Assembly (NCBI GenBank): GCA_963662465.1
Contig: OY759599.1
Location: 7,328,001-7,392,000, forward strand
DNA from: Desulfatiglandales bacterium
Lineage (GTDB): Bacteria; Desulfobacterota; DSM-4660; Desulfatiglandales; Desulfatiglandaceae
Direction: 5' to 3'
DNA length: 64,000 bases
A model generated the notes under the pieces. That model saw nothing but the letters and a program-made list of their open reading frames with translations, did not search any database and was not told the DNA's origin. Both the position numbers and the translations under genes were made by a program. How positions within the stretch are numbered: the stretch's first letter is position 1; the number at the start of each line of letters is the position of its first letter. Positions 1 through 9,175 of this stretch are shown here, one piece after another.

Positions 1-805
1 CTGTGAAGCCCTGGGCATGGAGTTCCTGGAGATAGAAGACTGGAACTGCTGCGGGGCCAGCGTATCTTATGCGGGGGCCGGTGATCTGGCCATCAAAGTG
101 TTGAATGCGCGGAACCTGGCCCTTGCTGAAGCCGAGGGCGGTTACGATGTGGTGGCGCCTTGCAGCTCGTGCTATATTCAAATGATCAAGGTGAACCACG
201 AGATCAAGGAAAACCCCAAACTGTTGGACGAGGTGAATGCCTGCCTCTCGGAAGGGGGGCTCCGGTACAACGGAAACCTGAATGTACGTCATATTCAAGA
301 TGTGCTGTTTAATGACATCGGCGTCGACAAGATTAAGGAAAGGGTGGTTAAACCTTTGAACGGACTCAAAGTGGCCGGATATGTGGGTTGCCAGTCCGTC
401 CGTCCCTATGGGGAATACGACAGCATGAATAAACCGGTGGTCCAGGATCGTCTTCTCGAGGCCCTGGGCGCGGAAGCGGTGCCGTTTCCCAGCAAAATAA
501 AGTGCTGCGGATCAGGAATTTTCCTGCCTGAAATGGATTACTGCATGGAACTGGTGAAGAATATCCTGGAAGACGCGCTTAATCACGGCGCCGATCTCAT
601 TTCCACGGTCTGTCCCATGTGCGCCATGAACCTGGAGCTTTATCAGGGTCGCATCAACGACAAATATGGAACGAATTTTGATGTTCCCATCGTCTATTTA
701 ACCCAGCTGATGGCCGTTGCCTTCGGTATGGATATGAAAAAGGACGCTGCCCTGAATTATAATGTGATTCCACCGGAAGGCGTGATACGGGCGGCCATCG
801 GTTGA
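1..805 (+). CDS. hdrB: Heterodisulfide reductase subunit B (CCG-domain protein), 5'-truncated by the window
   Basis: Two CCG domains (WNCCG...APCSSC; YVGCQ...KCCG...VCPMC). The frame is open upstream of ATG 17 (tgt gaa gcc ctg ggc atg). Confidence 0.9.
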   Translation, partial: CEALGMEFLEIEDWNCCGASVSYAGAGDLAIKVLNARNLALAEAEGGYDVVAPCSSCYIQMIKVNHEIKENPKLLDEVNACLSEGGLRYNGNLNVRHIQDVLFNDIGVDKIKERVVKPLNGLKVAGYVGCQSVRPYGEYDSMNKPVVQDRLLEALGAEAVPFPSKIKCCGSGIFLPEMDYCMELVKNILEDALNHGADLISTVCPMCAMNLELYQGRINDKYGTNFDVPIVYLTQLMAVAFGMDMKKDAALNYNVIPPEGVIRAAIG

Positions 806-832
806 CTGCCGGAAACACCTTAATATCATACG

Positions 833-882
833 AAACCAAATCCTCGGCGGGATGTTGCATTCGAGGGTTTGGTTTTTCTTTT
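833..882 (+). terminator. Probable intrinsic terminator after hdrB
   Basis: Stem AAACCAAATCCTCG/CGAGGGTTTGGTTT followed by a T-rich tail. Confidence 0.6.
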
Positions 883-900
883 ATATAATGGAGACAAAAC

Positions 901-1170
901 ATGACAGATCAGGAAACGCCTAAATGCCATTATTGTGGCAGCGAAATGAAAAAATGGGGTGTGCCCCCCGATTCCACATGGGGATGCGAGTTCCTGTGGG
1001 TATGCTTTAATGATGACTGCGCTTACTTTCAACGGGGCTGGGATCACATGATGAAAACCCAGGAGGTCAAAGCCTCTTACCGAAACTGCGTGAGCCCTGA
1101 AACCGGAAACCGAAGTCCGCTTCCCTGCTGGTCGTACGATGCGTTGAAAGATAGAATTATTGAGGATTAG
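901..1170 (+). CDS. Small Cys-rich zinc-ribbon-like hypothetical protein
   Basis: CHYC...CFNDDC motifs; GGAG SD upstream. Confidence 0.75.
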   Translation: MTDQETPKCHYCGSEMKKWGVPPDSTWGCEFLWVCFNDDCAYFQRGWDHMMKTQEVKASYRNCVSPETGNRSPLPCWSYDALKDRIIED

Positions 1171-1178
1171 GCAACACC

Positions 1179-1946
1179 ATGAAAAAAATTGGACGAAACG
1201 ACCCCTGTCCCTGCGGCAGCGGTAAAAAATTTAAAAATTGCCATCTGGGCAAGGAAGATCAATTGACCCATGAAAGCGCCGCCGGTGAGTTTTCTCCCGA
1301 GGATAGCGCACGCATAACGGGTTTGCCGCGGGTCTCATACGGTCGATCCCGGGAGCTGCTTGACGGGTTGGACATTCAGAAACTCACGGGTTCTTCGGCG
1401 GGCGTAAAATTTATTGATTTGGCCGCCTATAAGGAACTCGACCTGGCGGATGCGCGGCGCTCTGAAAAGGATGGGACAGGCGAGGGCGGGGTTCTGATAA
1501 ACGTATTGAAAACCAAAATTACCGACCCGACCCATCTCTATCTGGCCATTTCTCCTGAAATCGGCGACAGCGCCCTCATCCACCAATTGGCCCATGTGCT
1601 GGACTATCTGGGCGGGTCAAAGCTTATGCCAGGCCTGGCAAAACCCCTCAGCTTTGATGTGGGCATTCCCGGGGAACACCTGGAGCATCCCTATGAGTAT
1701 GGTTACTGGCTGACCTACCTGCAAAAAGAATTTGATGTGCAACTGGACGCCGATGACGCCATTGTCGCCTTTTTATTCGAAAACGACATGCTGATTAAGG
1801 GCCGGGACATTGAACAACAGGATCAGGTTCTCTTGAGAGCCAAATCAGAGCGCATGATGCGGTTTATGAGCCAGAAAAGTGGGGAAATTGATGCGCTGAT
1901 TTGCGAACGTCCGGGATATATTGGGAGCCGGGTACATAAGGACTGA
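1179..1946 (+). CDS. SEC-C metal-binding domain protein
   Basis: N-terminal [18 protein letters not shown]; internal HQLAH. Confidence 0.85.
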   Translation: MKKIGRNDPCPCGSGKKFKNCHLGKEDQLTHESAAGEFSPEDSARITGLPRVSYGRSRELLDGLDIQKLTGSSAGVKFIDLAAYKELDLADARRSEKDGTGEGGVLINVLKTKITDPTHLYLAISPEIGDSALIHQLAHVLDYLGGSKLMPGLAKPLSFDVGIPGEHLEHPYEYGYWLTYLQKEFDVQLDADDAIVAFLFENDMLIKGRDIEQQDQVLLRAKSERMMRFMSQKSGEIDALICERPGYIGSRVHKD

Positions 1947-2028
1947 ATCAGGTGGCAAGTATTTTTGCGTATAGCTCGGTAACATTTATCCAACAGAAGA
2001 CAACGAAATTTGTGTCGGCGAGAAATAT

Positions 2029-3270
2029 ATGGACAAAAACCAATCAGAGATTCAGCACGAGCAACGGGATACATACGATGATGAAATTGAGCTTATGGAT
2101 CTCCTTCAGGTTCTATGGAAGTGGAAGTATCTTATTGTGCTGGGAACATTTGCCTGTGTATTGATTGCTGGGATTGTTAGCTTTAGCATGACGAAGGTCT
2201 ACAGCATCAATACGGTTTTGATCCCCGGTATTGCCAGAGTCGATGCCAGTGGAAAAATCACCTATATCGGTTCTCCTCAGGAAATTAAGACATTGATCGA
2301 AACCGGAGCTTTTGAAAGCACTATTTTCAGTCGTCTGGGTGATTTTAAGAAAGAGGATTTGCCTGAGGATTTTCAATTTAAAGTGAAAGTCCCCAAGGGT
2401 TCAAATGTGTTGGAGGTTGCCTACGAAACGTCTCAAGTGGAGCTCGGTGTCCAGGTTTTGATCTACCTTAATCAGGCCCTACTGGAAAAATTTGATGGTA
2501 TTGTGAAATATTTCAAAGAAGAATACGCCGTGCAGATCGGCTTAAAGACCAGTGAGGCGTCCAAGACGATTGAGAAGATCGATACGGCAAGAAATGAGAT
2601 TTTAACCTCCGATGCGAAAACAAGGGCCGAGATAGAGGAAAAAAGGAATGGAATGCTTACCATCAAGTCTCAAATTGCGGCTAAACAGGCCCAGATAGGG
2701 AATTTGAAAAAAAGAATTGAGGAACTCCAATTAGAAATCAGCCGCATCAGCAGAAATACCGATTTGTTGATTGAGGAGAGAACCAAATTTCTGGGCAGGA
2801 AGACGACGGACGACAATGTTTTGTCAGCTGTCGTGTACAGCAATACGATTCAACAGAGCATCAGCTACTTGAATGAACTGCGTGGGGAAACCAGCCTCAT
2901 ACAGGATGAAATCTATAATTCCGAGGCCGATGTAGATGCCATGGGAAATAAAGTCAAAGATCTCCAAGCCCAAGTTGTTACTCTGAAAGAACTTACAACA
3001 TATAAAAAGGAAACGTTAAAAGCAGAGATTGCGGCTTTGGAAAGCGGAAAAACATTTATTATTGAAGAAATGAAAAATCTGGAATTCAAAAAGAACCATG
3101 TGCAGAATATCCAGGTCCTTCAGCCTCCCAAAAGCAGCTTTTATCCCGTTAAGCCCAAAAAGTTGCTTAATGTATTGCTGGCTGGCGTGGTGGGTCTGTT
3201 TTTGACTGTTTTCCTCGCTTTTTTCATTGAATATATTTCCAGGCACAAAAGTGATGAGTTCAATGGTTGA
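2029..3270 (+). CDS. wzz: Polysaccharide chain-length determinant (Wzz/FepE family)
   Basis: DDEIELMDLLQVLW start, N-terminal TM, long coiled coil, Pro-rich PVKPK before the C-terminal TM. Confidence 0.88.
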   Translation: MDKNQSEIQHEQRDTYDDEIELMDLLQVLWKWKYLIVLGTFACVLIAGIVSFSMTKVYSINTVLIPGIARVDASGKITYIGSPQEIKTLIETGAFESTIFSRLGDFKKEDLPEDFQFKVKVPKGSNVLEVAYETSQVELGVQVLIYLNQALLEKFDGIVKYFKEEYAVQIGLKTSEASKTIEKIDTARNEILTSDAKTRAEIEEKRNGMLTIKSQIAAKQAQIGNLKKRIEELQLEISRISRNTDLLIEERTKFLGRKTTDDNVLSAVVYSNTIQQSISYLNELRGETSLIQDEIYNSEADVDAMGNKVKDLQAQVVTLKELTTYKKETLKAEIAALESGKTFIIEEMKNLEFKKNHVQNIQVLQPPKSSFYPVKPKKLLNVLLAGVVGLFLTVFLAFFIEYISRHKSDEFNG

Positions 3271-3302
3271 ATTTTGAAAAACGGTTTTCGCTTAGAAAGG
3301 AC

Positions 3303-3457
3303 GGCTCATCGTGGATTCGCGTGAGATTTGGCTTCTGAGCCGATTGTAGGTGCGACTTCAGTCGCACATTAAGCCGACCCTGTGCGACTGAAGTCGCACC
3401 TACAGCCCGAACCGAAACAATCTCAAAGCGCGATTTCACGTTAATCCGCGATGAACC
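3303..3457. mobile_element. 83-bp miniature inverted-repeat element carrying a 72-bp REP-doublet insertion
   Basis: Ends GGCTCATCG...CGATGAACC. Matches the reverse complement of 31372-31454 except for the insert at 3344-3415, which is flanked by CCGA. Confidence 0.75.
3345..3404. repeat. REP doublet (REPIN-like), GTAG-type
   Basis: Perfect 24-bp inverted pair TGTAGGTGCGACTTCAGTCGCACA (3345-3368) and TGTGCGACTGAAGTCGCACCTACA (3381-3404). Each unit is itself a hairpin preceded by GTAG. Confidence 0.85.
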
Positions 3458-3471
3458 GAAAGGACAATAGA

Positions 3472-4617
3472 ATGAAAGTTCCACTGCTTGATCTAAAGGC
3501 GCAATTGAATTCAATTGAAAATGAAGTAAAGGATGCCGTTAATGAAGTCATCGATTCCACCCGTTATATTATGGGACCCAAGGTGGAAGCCTTGGAGAGT
3601 CAAATTGCCGCCTATACGGGTGTGAAATATGGCATAGGCGTTTCATCCGGTACAGATGCGCTGCTGGTTTCCCTCATGGCTTTGGATGTTAAACCTGGCG
3701 ATCTGGTGGTTACCACTCCCTTTTCGTTTTTCGCTACGGCAGGCGTTATCGCCAGGTTGAACGCCGTGCCGGTGTTTGTGGACATTGACCCAGACACCTA
3801 CAATATGAGTCCCCTTGCATTGCGACGATGGTTTGAAAAGCACCCGGAAGAAGCCCACCGTGTCAAAGCCATTATTCCCGTTCATCTTTACGGCCAGTGC
3901 GCCCAAATGGATCCCATCTGTGAACTGGCGAATACCCATGGCATCCCCATTGTTGAAGACGCAGCGCAAGCCATTGGAGCAGAATACCCCTCTAAATCGG
4001 GACCCAAAAAAGCGGGTAGCATGGGGACTCTCGGTTGTTTTTCCTTTTTCCCCAGTAAGAACCTGGGTGGCATGGGAGACGGAGGTATGGTGGTCACTGA
4101 TGACCCCGGGTTGCATGAAAAATTGAAAATGCTGCGAAACCATGGCGCCAATCCAAAATATTATCATGCCATGATCGGCGGCAATTTTCGTCTGGACCCC
4201 ATACAGGCGGCGGTTCTTTTAGTGAAACTGCCCTACCTGGACCAATGGCACGCCATGAGACAGCAGAATGCCGCCTATTATGATGAAAAACAAAAGGATC
4301 TTGTCGTCAAGACGCCGGTCATCGCCTATCAGCGGCAGAGCCACATCTACAACCAGTATGTGATTTCAGTTCCCGAAAAGCGGGATGAGCTGAGACAATT
4401 CCTGGCCGACAACGATGTCAACACCGAAATTTACTACCCGGTCTCCTTTCACATGCAGGCCTGTTTCAGTGAATTGGGTTACCGGGAAGGTGATTTTCCC
4501 GAAAGTGAATATGCAGCCCAGCATACCATCGCCCTGCCGGTTTACCCTGAATTGACGGATGAGATGCAGGATTACGTGGTGGACAGAATAGAAGCTGGCT
4601 TTGACTACCGCCCTTAG
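3472..4617 (+). CDS. DegT/DnrJ/EryC1/StrS PLP-dependent sugar aminotransferase
   Basis: VSSGTDAL, PVHLYGQ, EDAAQAIGA and FSFFPSKNLG (PLP Lys). Start MKVPLLDL is preferred over 3451. Confidence 0.95.
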   Translation: MKVPLLDLKAQLNSIENEVKDAVNEVIDSTRYIMGPKVEALESQIAAYTGVKYGIGVSSGTDALLVSLMALDVKPGDLVVTTPFSFFATAGVIARLNAVPVFVDIDPDTYNMSPLALRRWFEKHPEEAHRVKAIIPVHLYGQCAQMDPICELANTHGIPIVEDAAQAIGAEYPSKSGPKKAGSMGTLGCFSFFPSKNLGGMGDGGMVVTDDPGLHEKLKMLRNHGANPKYYHAMIGGNFRLDPIQAAVLLVKLPYLDQWHAMRQQNAAYYDEKQKDLVVKTPVIAYQRQSHIYNQYVISVPEKRDELRQFLADNDVNTEIYYPVSFHMQACFSELGYREGDFPESEYAAQHTIALPVYPELTDEMQDYVVDRIEAGFDYRP

Positions 4618-4715
4618 CCCATTTTGATGCCTCGGAAGTGTCTATCGGCAAATGCTTTGATGTTGTTTCACCGGAAGTATTGCCTGCTTTAAACATAAAA
4701 TAAATGAGGTAGACC

Positions 4716-5150
4716 ATGGAAGAGTTGTTTGAACTGAAATCTTATATACAACAGGGAAATTATGCTGCGGCTTTGAATTTGCTGGGAGAGATGGAAGAGA
4801 TGAGCCGTGACGACAAGATCAATAAAATATTCAGTTATGCCGAGGTCCTGCTTATCCACCTGATCAAACAAAATGCCGAAAAAAGATCAACCCGGTCCTG
4901 GGAGGCTTCCATAAGAAATTCGGTTTATCGTATCGGTTACACAAATAAACGCAGAAAATCCGGAGGATGCTACCTCAGCCGGGAAGATCTGGAAGAAGTC
5001 ATCCAGGATGCCTGGCCCACTGCCTTGATTTCCGCATCTCTGGAAACCTTGGAAGGGCGATATGATGATGAATCGCTTGCCCTTGTGATAGATGAAAAAG
5101 AAATTAAAAAAAATGCGTTAAAATTCGTATTGGATACAACCGGCAGATGA
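4716..5150 (+). CDS. DUF29-family protein
   Basis: EMEEMSR...LLIHLIK...RSW..SI pattern; GAGG SD. Confidence 0.7.
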   Translation: MEELFELKSYIQQGNYAAALNLLGEMEEMSRDDKINKIFSYAEVLLIHLIKQNAEKRSTRSWEASIRNSVYRIGYTNKRRKSGGCYLSREDLEEVIQDAWPTALISASLETLEGRYDDESLALVIDEKEIKKNALKFVLDTTGR

Positions 5151-5380
5151 TTGGGTTTAGATCTTATCGTTCGCGTTTTAAATTTGCACTTCGATGAATT
5201 TCAAAATTTGGTAGAATGTACACTCGACACAGGGGATGATGTTCCGAAAACTGTGGATATGGAACCCCGTGTCGTCGTACTTGTCGAATAGTAATTCATG
5301 AATCTATCCCAAAAATCCATTTTGCAATATTATTAGGCTTTACCATCAAAAACGTTAGAAAAATTTACGTTTTTTAACTT

Positions 5381-6430
5381 TCATGAAATCATTGCAAGCT
5401 CCTGAGTTAACAGCCCTAATCCTTTATTGAGGAGTGAGTAAGCAGCTTCAATTTGAGATGGTTGCTCGGCGCCCTTGATAGGTTGCTTTTTGATAACCCC
5501 TGAAATCATTGGGTTTTTGAAATGGAGTTCAGAGCAAATTGAGAGCCATAGCCATTTCCAGCCTGTGTCCGTAACCCTATAGAATGACATGTTATTCTTC
5601 TTTTCGACAATTCCCCGGACCCTCAATTTGTTCATTTCATACCGGATTTGTGCAGGATTTCGAAAAGATTGGGGGAGGCTGTTGAGAAGATCCACTGTCC
5701 TGAAGCCATATGCATGGTATTTTGGCTTTAGAAGCTCTTGGGCCAGGGCGGTCTGACGATCTTTTCTGAAGTCCGGTGGGGTCACGTTGCGGCCAAGATG
5801 ATCTGAGACAGGCTTTTTGTAACGCTCCTCTTCTCCTTCTGAAATAGAGGCGATATCCACATCGGCACAGCATTCTAAAAATCGATCATTACATTCCACG
5901 CCTTCCCAAAGATAGGCCTGTAGATAGAGGACAGGTTTTTTAAGCCCCAGCGATTTGGGGTTATTGATGGTGGTCTCGGTGCGGATGTAATACCCGGTTT
6001 TGTTGTATTGCTTGATGGAGTTGCCTCGGAACCAGTGTTTGATGCACGCATTATTGTCATATAGCCGCCAGAAGGTCTTGGATGTTGATCGGCGATGGAG
6101 CCGACGATTGAAAATCTGAGCAATGGTCTCGGGCAATCCGAGACTGTGGAACTTATCCAAGAGCCTTTCAAAGAGGCTGGTGCAAAAACGCGCGGAACGA
6201 AACACAATATTAGAAGAAACTTCGACCTGGCTTGAATACCAGTCGTGATAAAGGAATTTGGATCGCCCAAGTCGGGTTGACATTTCCTTTGTCGAATTTG
6301 AAGAAAATATTCATCCAGTAGTTGATCCTGTTAAGTACAGCTCTGCCAGTGAGAGACGCAGCGGCTTTTTGAAGGGCCTCTGGATTTTCAACGTCAACAA
6401 ATGCGTTTTCGCTGAGCCTATATTTGATGC
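5381..6430 (-). pseudogene. C-terminal part of an unclassified putative transposase (split by IS; extra frameshift near 6284)
   Basis: Removing 6431-12956 plus one TSD joins LDKQGIK to YRLSENAFVDV. The downstream frame has QVEVSSNIVF, IKQYNK, RTETTINNP and a C-terminal wHTH-like segment. Confidence 0.75.
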
Positions 6431-6619
6431 CAGCAATTCCCGCTCACCCTTGAAAGGCCTGAAAACAGTACATTTTGGTATTTCCTTTTCGTAAAGGTTT
6501 ACATTGAATGAATAACCCAGAAAGGCTTTTTTCTCAAATTTTCAAAAGAAATAAAAAAAAATTGGCATCTTTCAGGAAAAACTGGACTTTGGGAGCAACT
6601 TGAACGATGATTACTCCCT

Positions 6620-7102
6620 ATGGGAATCACACGCCAAGAAAGAAAAAAACAAAAGGGCAAGATTGGAATTCGCAAGCATCTAAATGCAGACGCAATGCTC
6701 AAACGTTTGCATAAAGATTTTTCGGAGGTGTCTGACTATCGTGAGGATCCCGAAATCCCAATGGCGGATGCACTGATGTCCGGGTTTTCAATGTTTTCGC
6801 TCAAGGATCCCTCATTGCTTGCTTTTGATGGAAGAAGAAAAACCGATAGTAATCTGGCTGGAATATACCATATAGGAAAAGTTCCTTGCGACAGTCAGAT
6901 GCGCACTATTCTTGATGAAGTACTCGCAGAAGAACTTCGGAAACCGTTTAGGAATATCTTCTGGGAACTGCAAAGAGGAAAAGTGCTTGAACGTATGACT
7001 TTTTTCGAAGGATGTTATCTTCTATCTTTGGATGGAACGGGCTTTTTCTCTTCGAAAAAGCTCTACTCTGATAATTGTTTGGTAAAAGTATCGAAAAAAA
7101 CC
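6620..7102 (+). pseudogene. Transposase N-terminal part (ISNCY-like), interrupted
   Basis: Contains LSLDGTGFFSS; ends VKVSKKT at the IS21 junction. Confidence 0.85.
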
Positions 7103-7352
7103 CTTCAACGCTAATCAAAACTGAACCAAGTTTGCTAATGGAAATTGAACCATTGGCTGTCACCGCCAGTGAGTACGGCCCTCAGGTATAGCGGACGATG
7201 AGGGATCCATAAGTGGCGGCAAAGGAGTCGTTGATGTAGATTTACTTTTCAATAAATTTTTATAAAATCTATTTTCTTTGGATTTGGTTTTCTTCTTCCA
7301 AGACAGAGGCTTGGTTAAGTGGAAATGCGATTTACTTTGTAGAATGGATGGT

Positions 7353-7388
7353 GAAGGCCCGAAGTAGCCGCTTCGGGCCTTCTTTTTT
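7353..7388 (+). terminator. Terminator-like hairpin in the IS21 leader
   Basis: Perfect 12-bp stem GAAGGCCCGAAG/CTTCGGGCCTTC followed by T6. Confidence 0.7.
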
Positions 7389-7464
7389 GACCACCGGATA
7401 GAGCCGGAAGCCACACACACGCCAATTTTATATAAGTGTGTTTCCGGCCAATTGCAAGGCCGGA

Positions 7465-7881
7465 ATGATGGGAGATGTCCTTTTAAGAGTGGTTCAATGC
7501 CGATGTTGTGGTTGCTTTTTTCACGTCTGTCGGTCGTGTTGGCGTGGCCAGGCCTATTGTGGGGAACGATGTCGCAGGATACGCCAAAGACAGCTGCACC
7601 GGAAAGCTCAGGGGAAATACCGCAATTCGAAAAAAGGGAAAGAGCGCCGTCGTTTGTACGAAAAAACAAAAAAATCCAAAAAAAATGGACTGAACCCTGG
7701 TGATGATAGTTCAACACCTCAAAAAGACTGTGATATTGAACCCAAAAAGCGGTCGGGGAACCGACCCAGCTGTCTTTTTTGCGGGTCGATCGGGGTTGTT
7801 GTGGACCATTTTCCTCGCCGTGCTTATGCAGGGAGGGTTTTTTCAGATGTAACAGGCTTTGAGAAAACCCCATATCCATGA
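7465..7881 (+). CDS. Cys-rich basic hypothetical protein (putative Zn finger), IS21 passenger
   Basis: CRCC, CRSC, YCGERC and CLFCG motifs; Lys/Arg-rich; first gene of a tightly packed operon. Confidence 0.6.
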   Translation: MMGDVLLRVVQCRCCGCFFHVCRSCWRGQAYCGERCRRIRQRQLHRKAQGKYRNSKKGKERRRLYEKTKKSKKNGLNPGDDSSTPQKDCDIEPKKRSGNRPSCLFCGSIGVVVDHFPRRAYAGRVFSDVTGFEKTPYP

Positions 7882-7893
7882 CAGGAGAAAAAA

Positions 7894-8313
7894 ATGATCA
7901 AAAAAAGAGTCCTTTTTCCCGAAAGAGTGCGTGTCATCAATGGAAGCTTCGGCTTTCTGGAGCATCGTTTTTTGAGAAACGGCTTTTGGGAGAGCCTGAA
8001 TCATCATGAGCTGCTGCTCTACATTTTTCTGGTGTTGGTATCTGACAAAAACGGGCTCTCTTATTATGGTTACGACAGAATCTGCCGGATTTTAAAGGTG
8101 CATTTGGATCAATATATCGATGCCCGCGATGGCTTGTTGGACAAGGATCTGATTGGGTTTGATGGCCGTCTGTTTCAGGTTCTTTCGCTTCCCAGACGTC
8201 CTGTGATTGTGAAACAGGTAAAGGAGATCCGGCAAGGAAATTGGGTCAGTCTTGGAGAAACCATAGAGGAAATCTTTCGGGAGACTGGGTATGGAATCCA
8301 TCCGAACCGTTGA
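7894..8313 (+). CDS. Putative winged-helix DNA-binding protein, IS21 passenger
   Basis: AGGAG SD; LLYIFLVLVSD.NGLSYY...ICRIL resembles replication-initiator-type wHTH domains; overlaps the next gene. Confidence 0.65.
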   Translation: MIKKRVLFPERVRVINGSFGFLEHRFLRNGFWESLNHHELLLYIFLVLVSDKNGLSYYGYDRICRILKVHLDQYIDARDGLLDKDLIGFDGRLFQVLSLPRRPVIVKQVKEIRQGNWVSLGETIEEIFRETGYGIHPNR

Positions 8314-9175
8314 TATTCATTTGCTGGAGTTGCGTTACGCTCATTGCCGGATAATGAATCACCAGGCTTTAAAGCGATTGAGGGATTCCATCGAAACTTA
8401 CGGGCAGATCGTTCCGGCCCTGGCTATTGAAGAAAAAGACAAACTGATTCTGATTGATGGCTACCTGCGTGTTCGAGCGCTTTGTGCTTGTGGAAAGGAC
8501 CGGATATGTGTCCAATTCTCAAAAGAAAACGAACAAAATGCCATGTTTTCGCTTTTAACCAAGGCCAATGAACGGCAATGGGAAGTCATTGAGCAGTCTG
8601 TTTTACTTCAGGAATTACATCGGCGTTTTGGGTGCAGCCTCTCCCATATTGCAACCCGAATAGGGCGCGACAAGAGTTTTGTAAAACGGCGGCTGGACCT
8701 GGTTGAAGCCCTGCCGGAAAATATTTTGAGAACCGTGATTGCAGGCTCACTTTCAACCTGGGCTGCCAGCCGTGTCATGGCGCCGTTGGCGCGCGCCAAC
8801 GGTGAAGACGCACAAAAACTGTTGGCCCACCTGGAAAAAGAACCTCTATCCACAAGGGAACTGGCCCGTTTCTACGCACATTACCAGAAAAGCAACCGGT
8901 CTGTTCGAGACCACATGCTGGAAAATCCATCCCTTTTCATAAAAGTTCTCGAACAAAGAACCCAGTCTAAACAAGCCAAAGAAGTTCATGATGGACCGGA
9001 AGGCAAATGGTTCAAGGATATTGAAATGGTATATGCGGTTCTCAAACGTCTGGTGAAAACCGTTTCGCATGTCCATTACCCAAAAAGCGATCAGTTGAAG
9101 AAACAAACGCTCAAAACCTGGGTGAAAAAGATAGAAAAACAAGCACTGGAACTCAAGAAAGCGACCCAATTATGA
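8291..9175 (+). CDS. ParB/Srx N-terminal domain plus HTH protein, IS21 passenger
   Basis: L.DSIETYGQIVP...LIDGYLRVRA (ParB box) and SLSHIATRIGRDKSFVKRRL (HTH). ATGA overlap with istA. Confidence 0.85.
   Translation: MESIRTVDIHLLELRYAHCRIMNHQALKRLRDSIETYGQIVPALAIEEKDKLILIDGYLRVRALCACGKDRICVQFSKENEQNAMFSLLTKANERQWEVIEQSVLLQELHRRFGCSLSHIATRIGRDKSFVKRRLDLVEALPENILRTVIAGSLSTWAASRVMAPLARANGEDAQKLLAHLEKEPLSTRELARFYAHYQKSNRSVRDHMLENPSLFIKVLEQRTQSKQAKEVHDGPEGKWFKDIEMVYAVLKRLVKTVSHVHYPKSDQLKKQTLKTWVKKIEKQALELKKATQL

Noticed and set aside
3345..3404. Palindromic repeats as a CRISPR array
   Set aside because: Only two units, inverted rather than direct, with a 12-bp gap and no cas genes.
7160..7879. 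239-aa minus-strand ORF in the IS21 element
   Set aside because: Antisense to the Cys-rich gene that fits the + strand operon; no recognisable motif.
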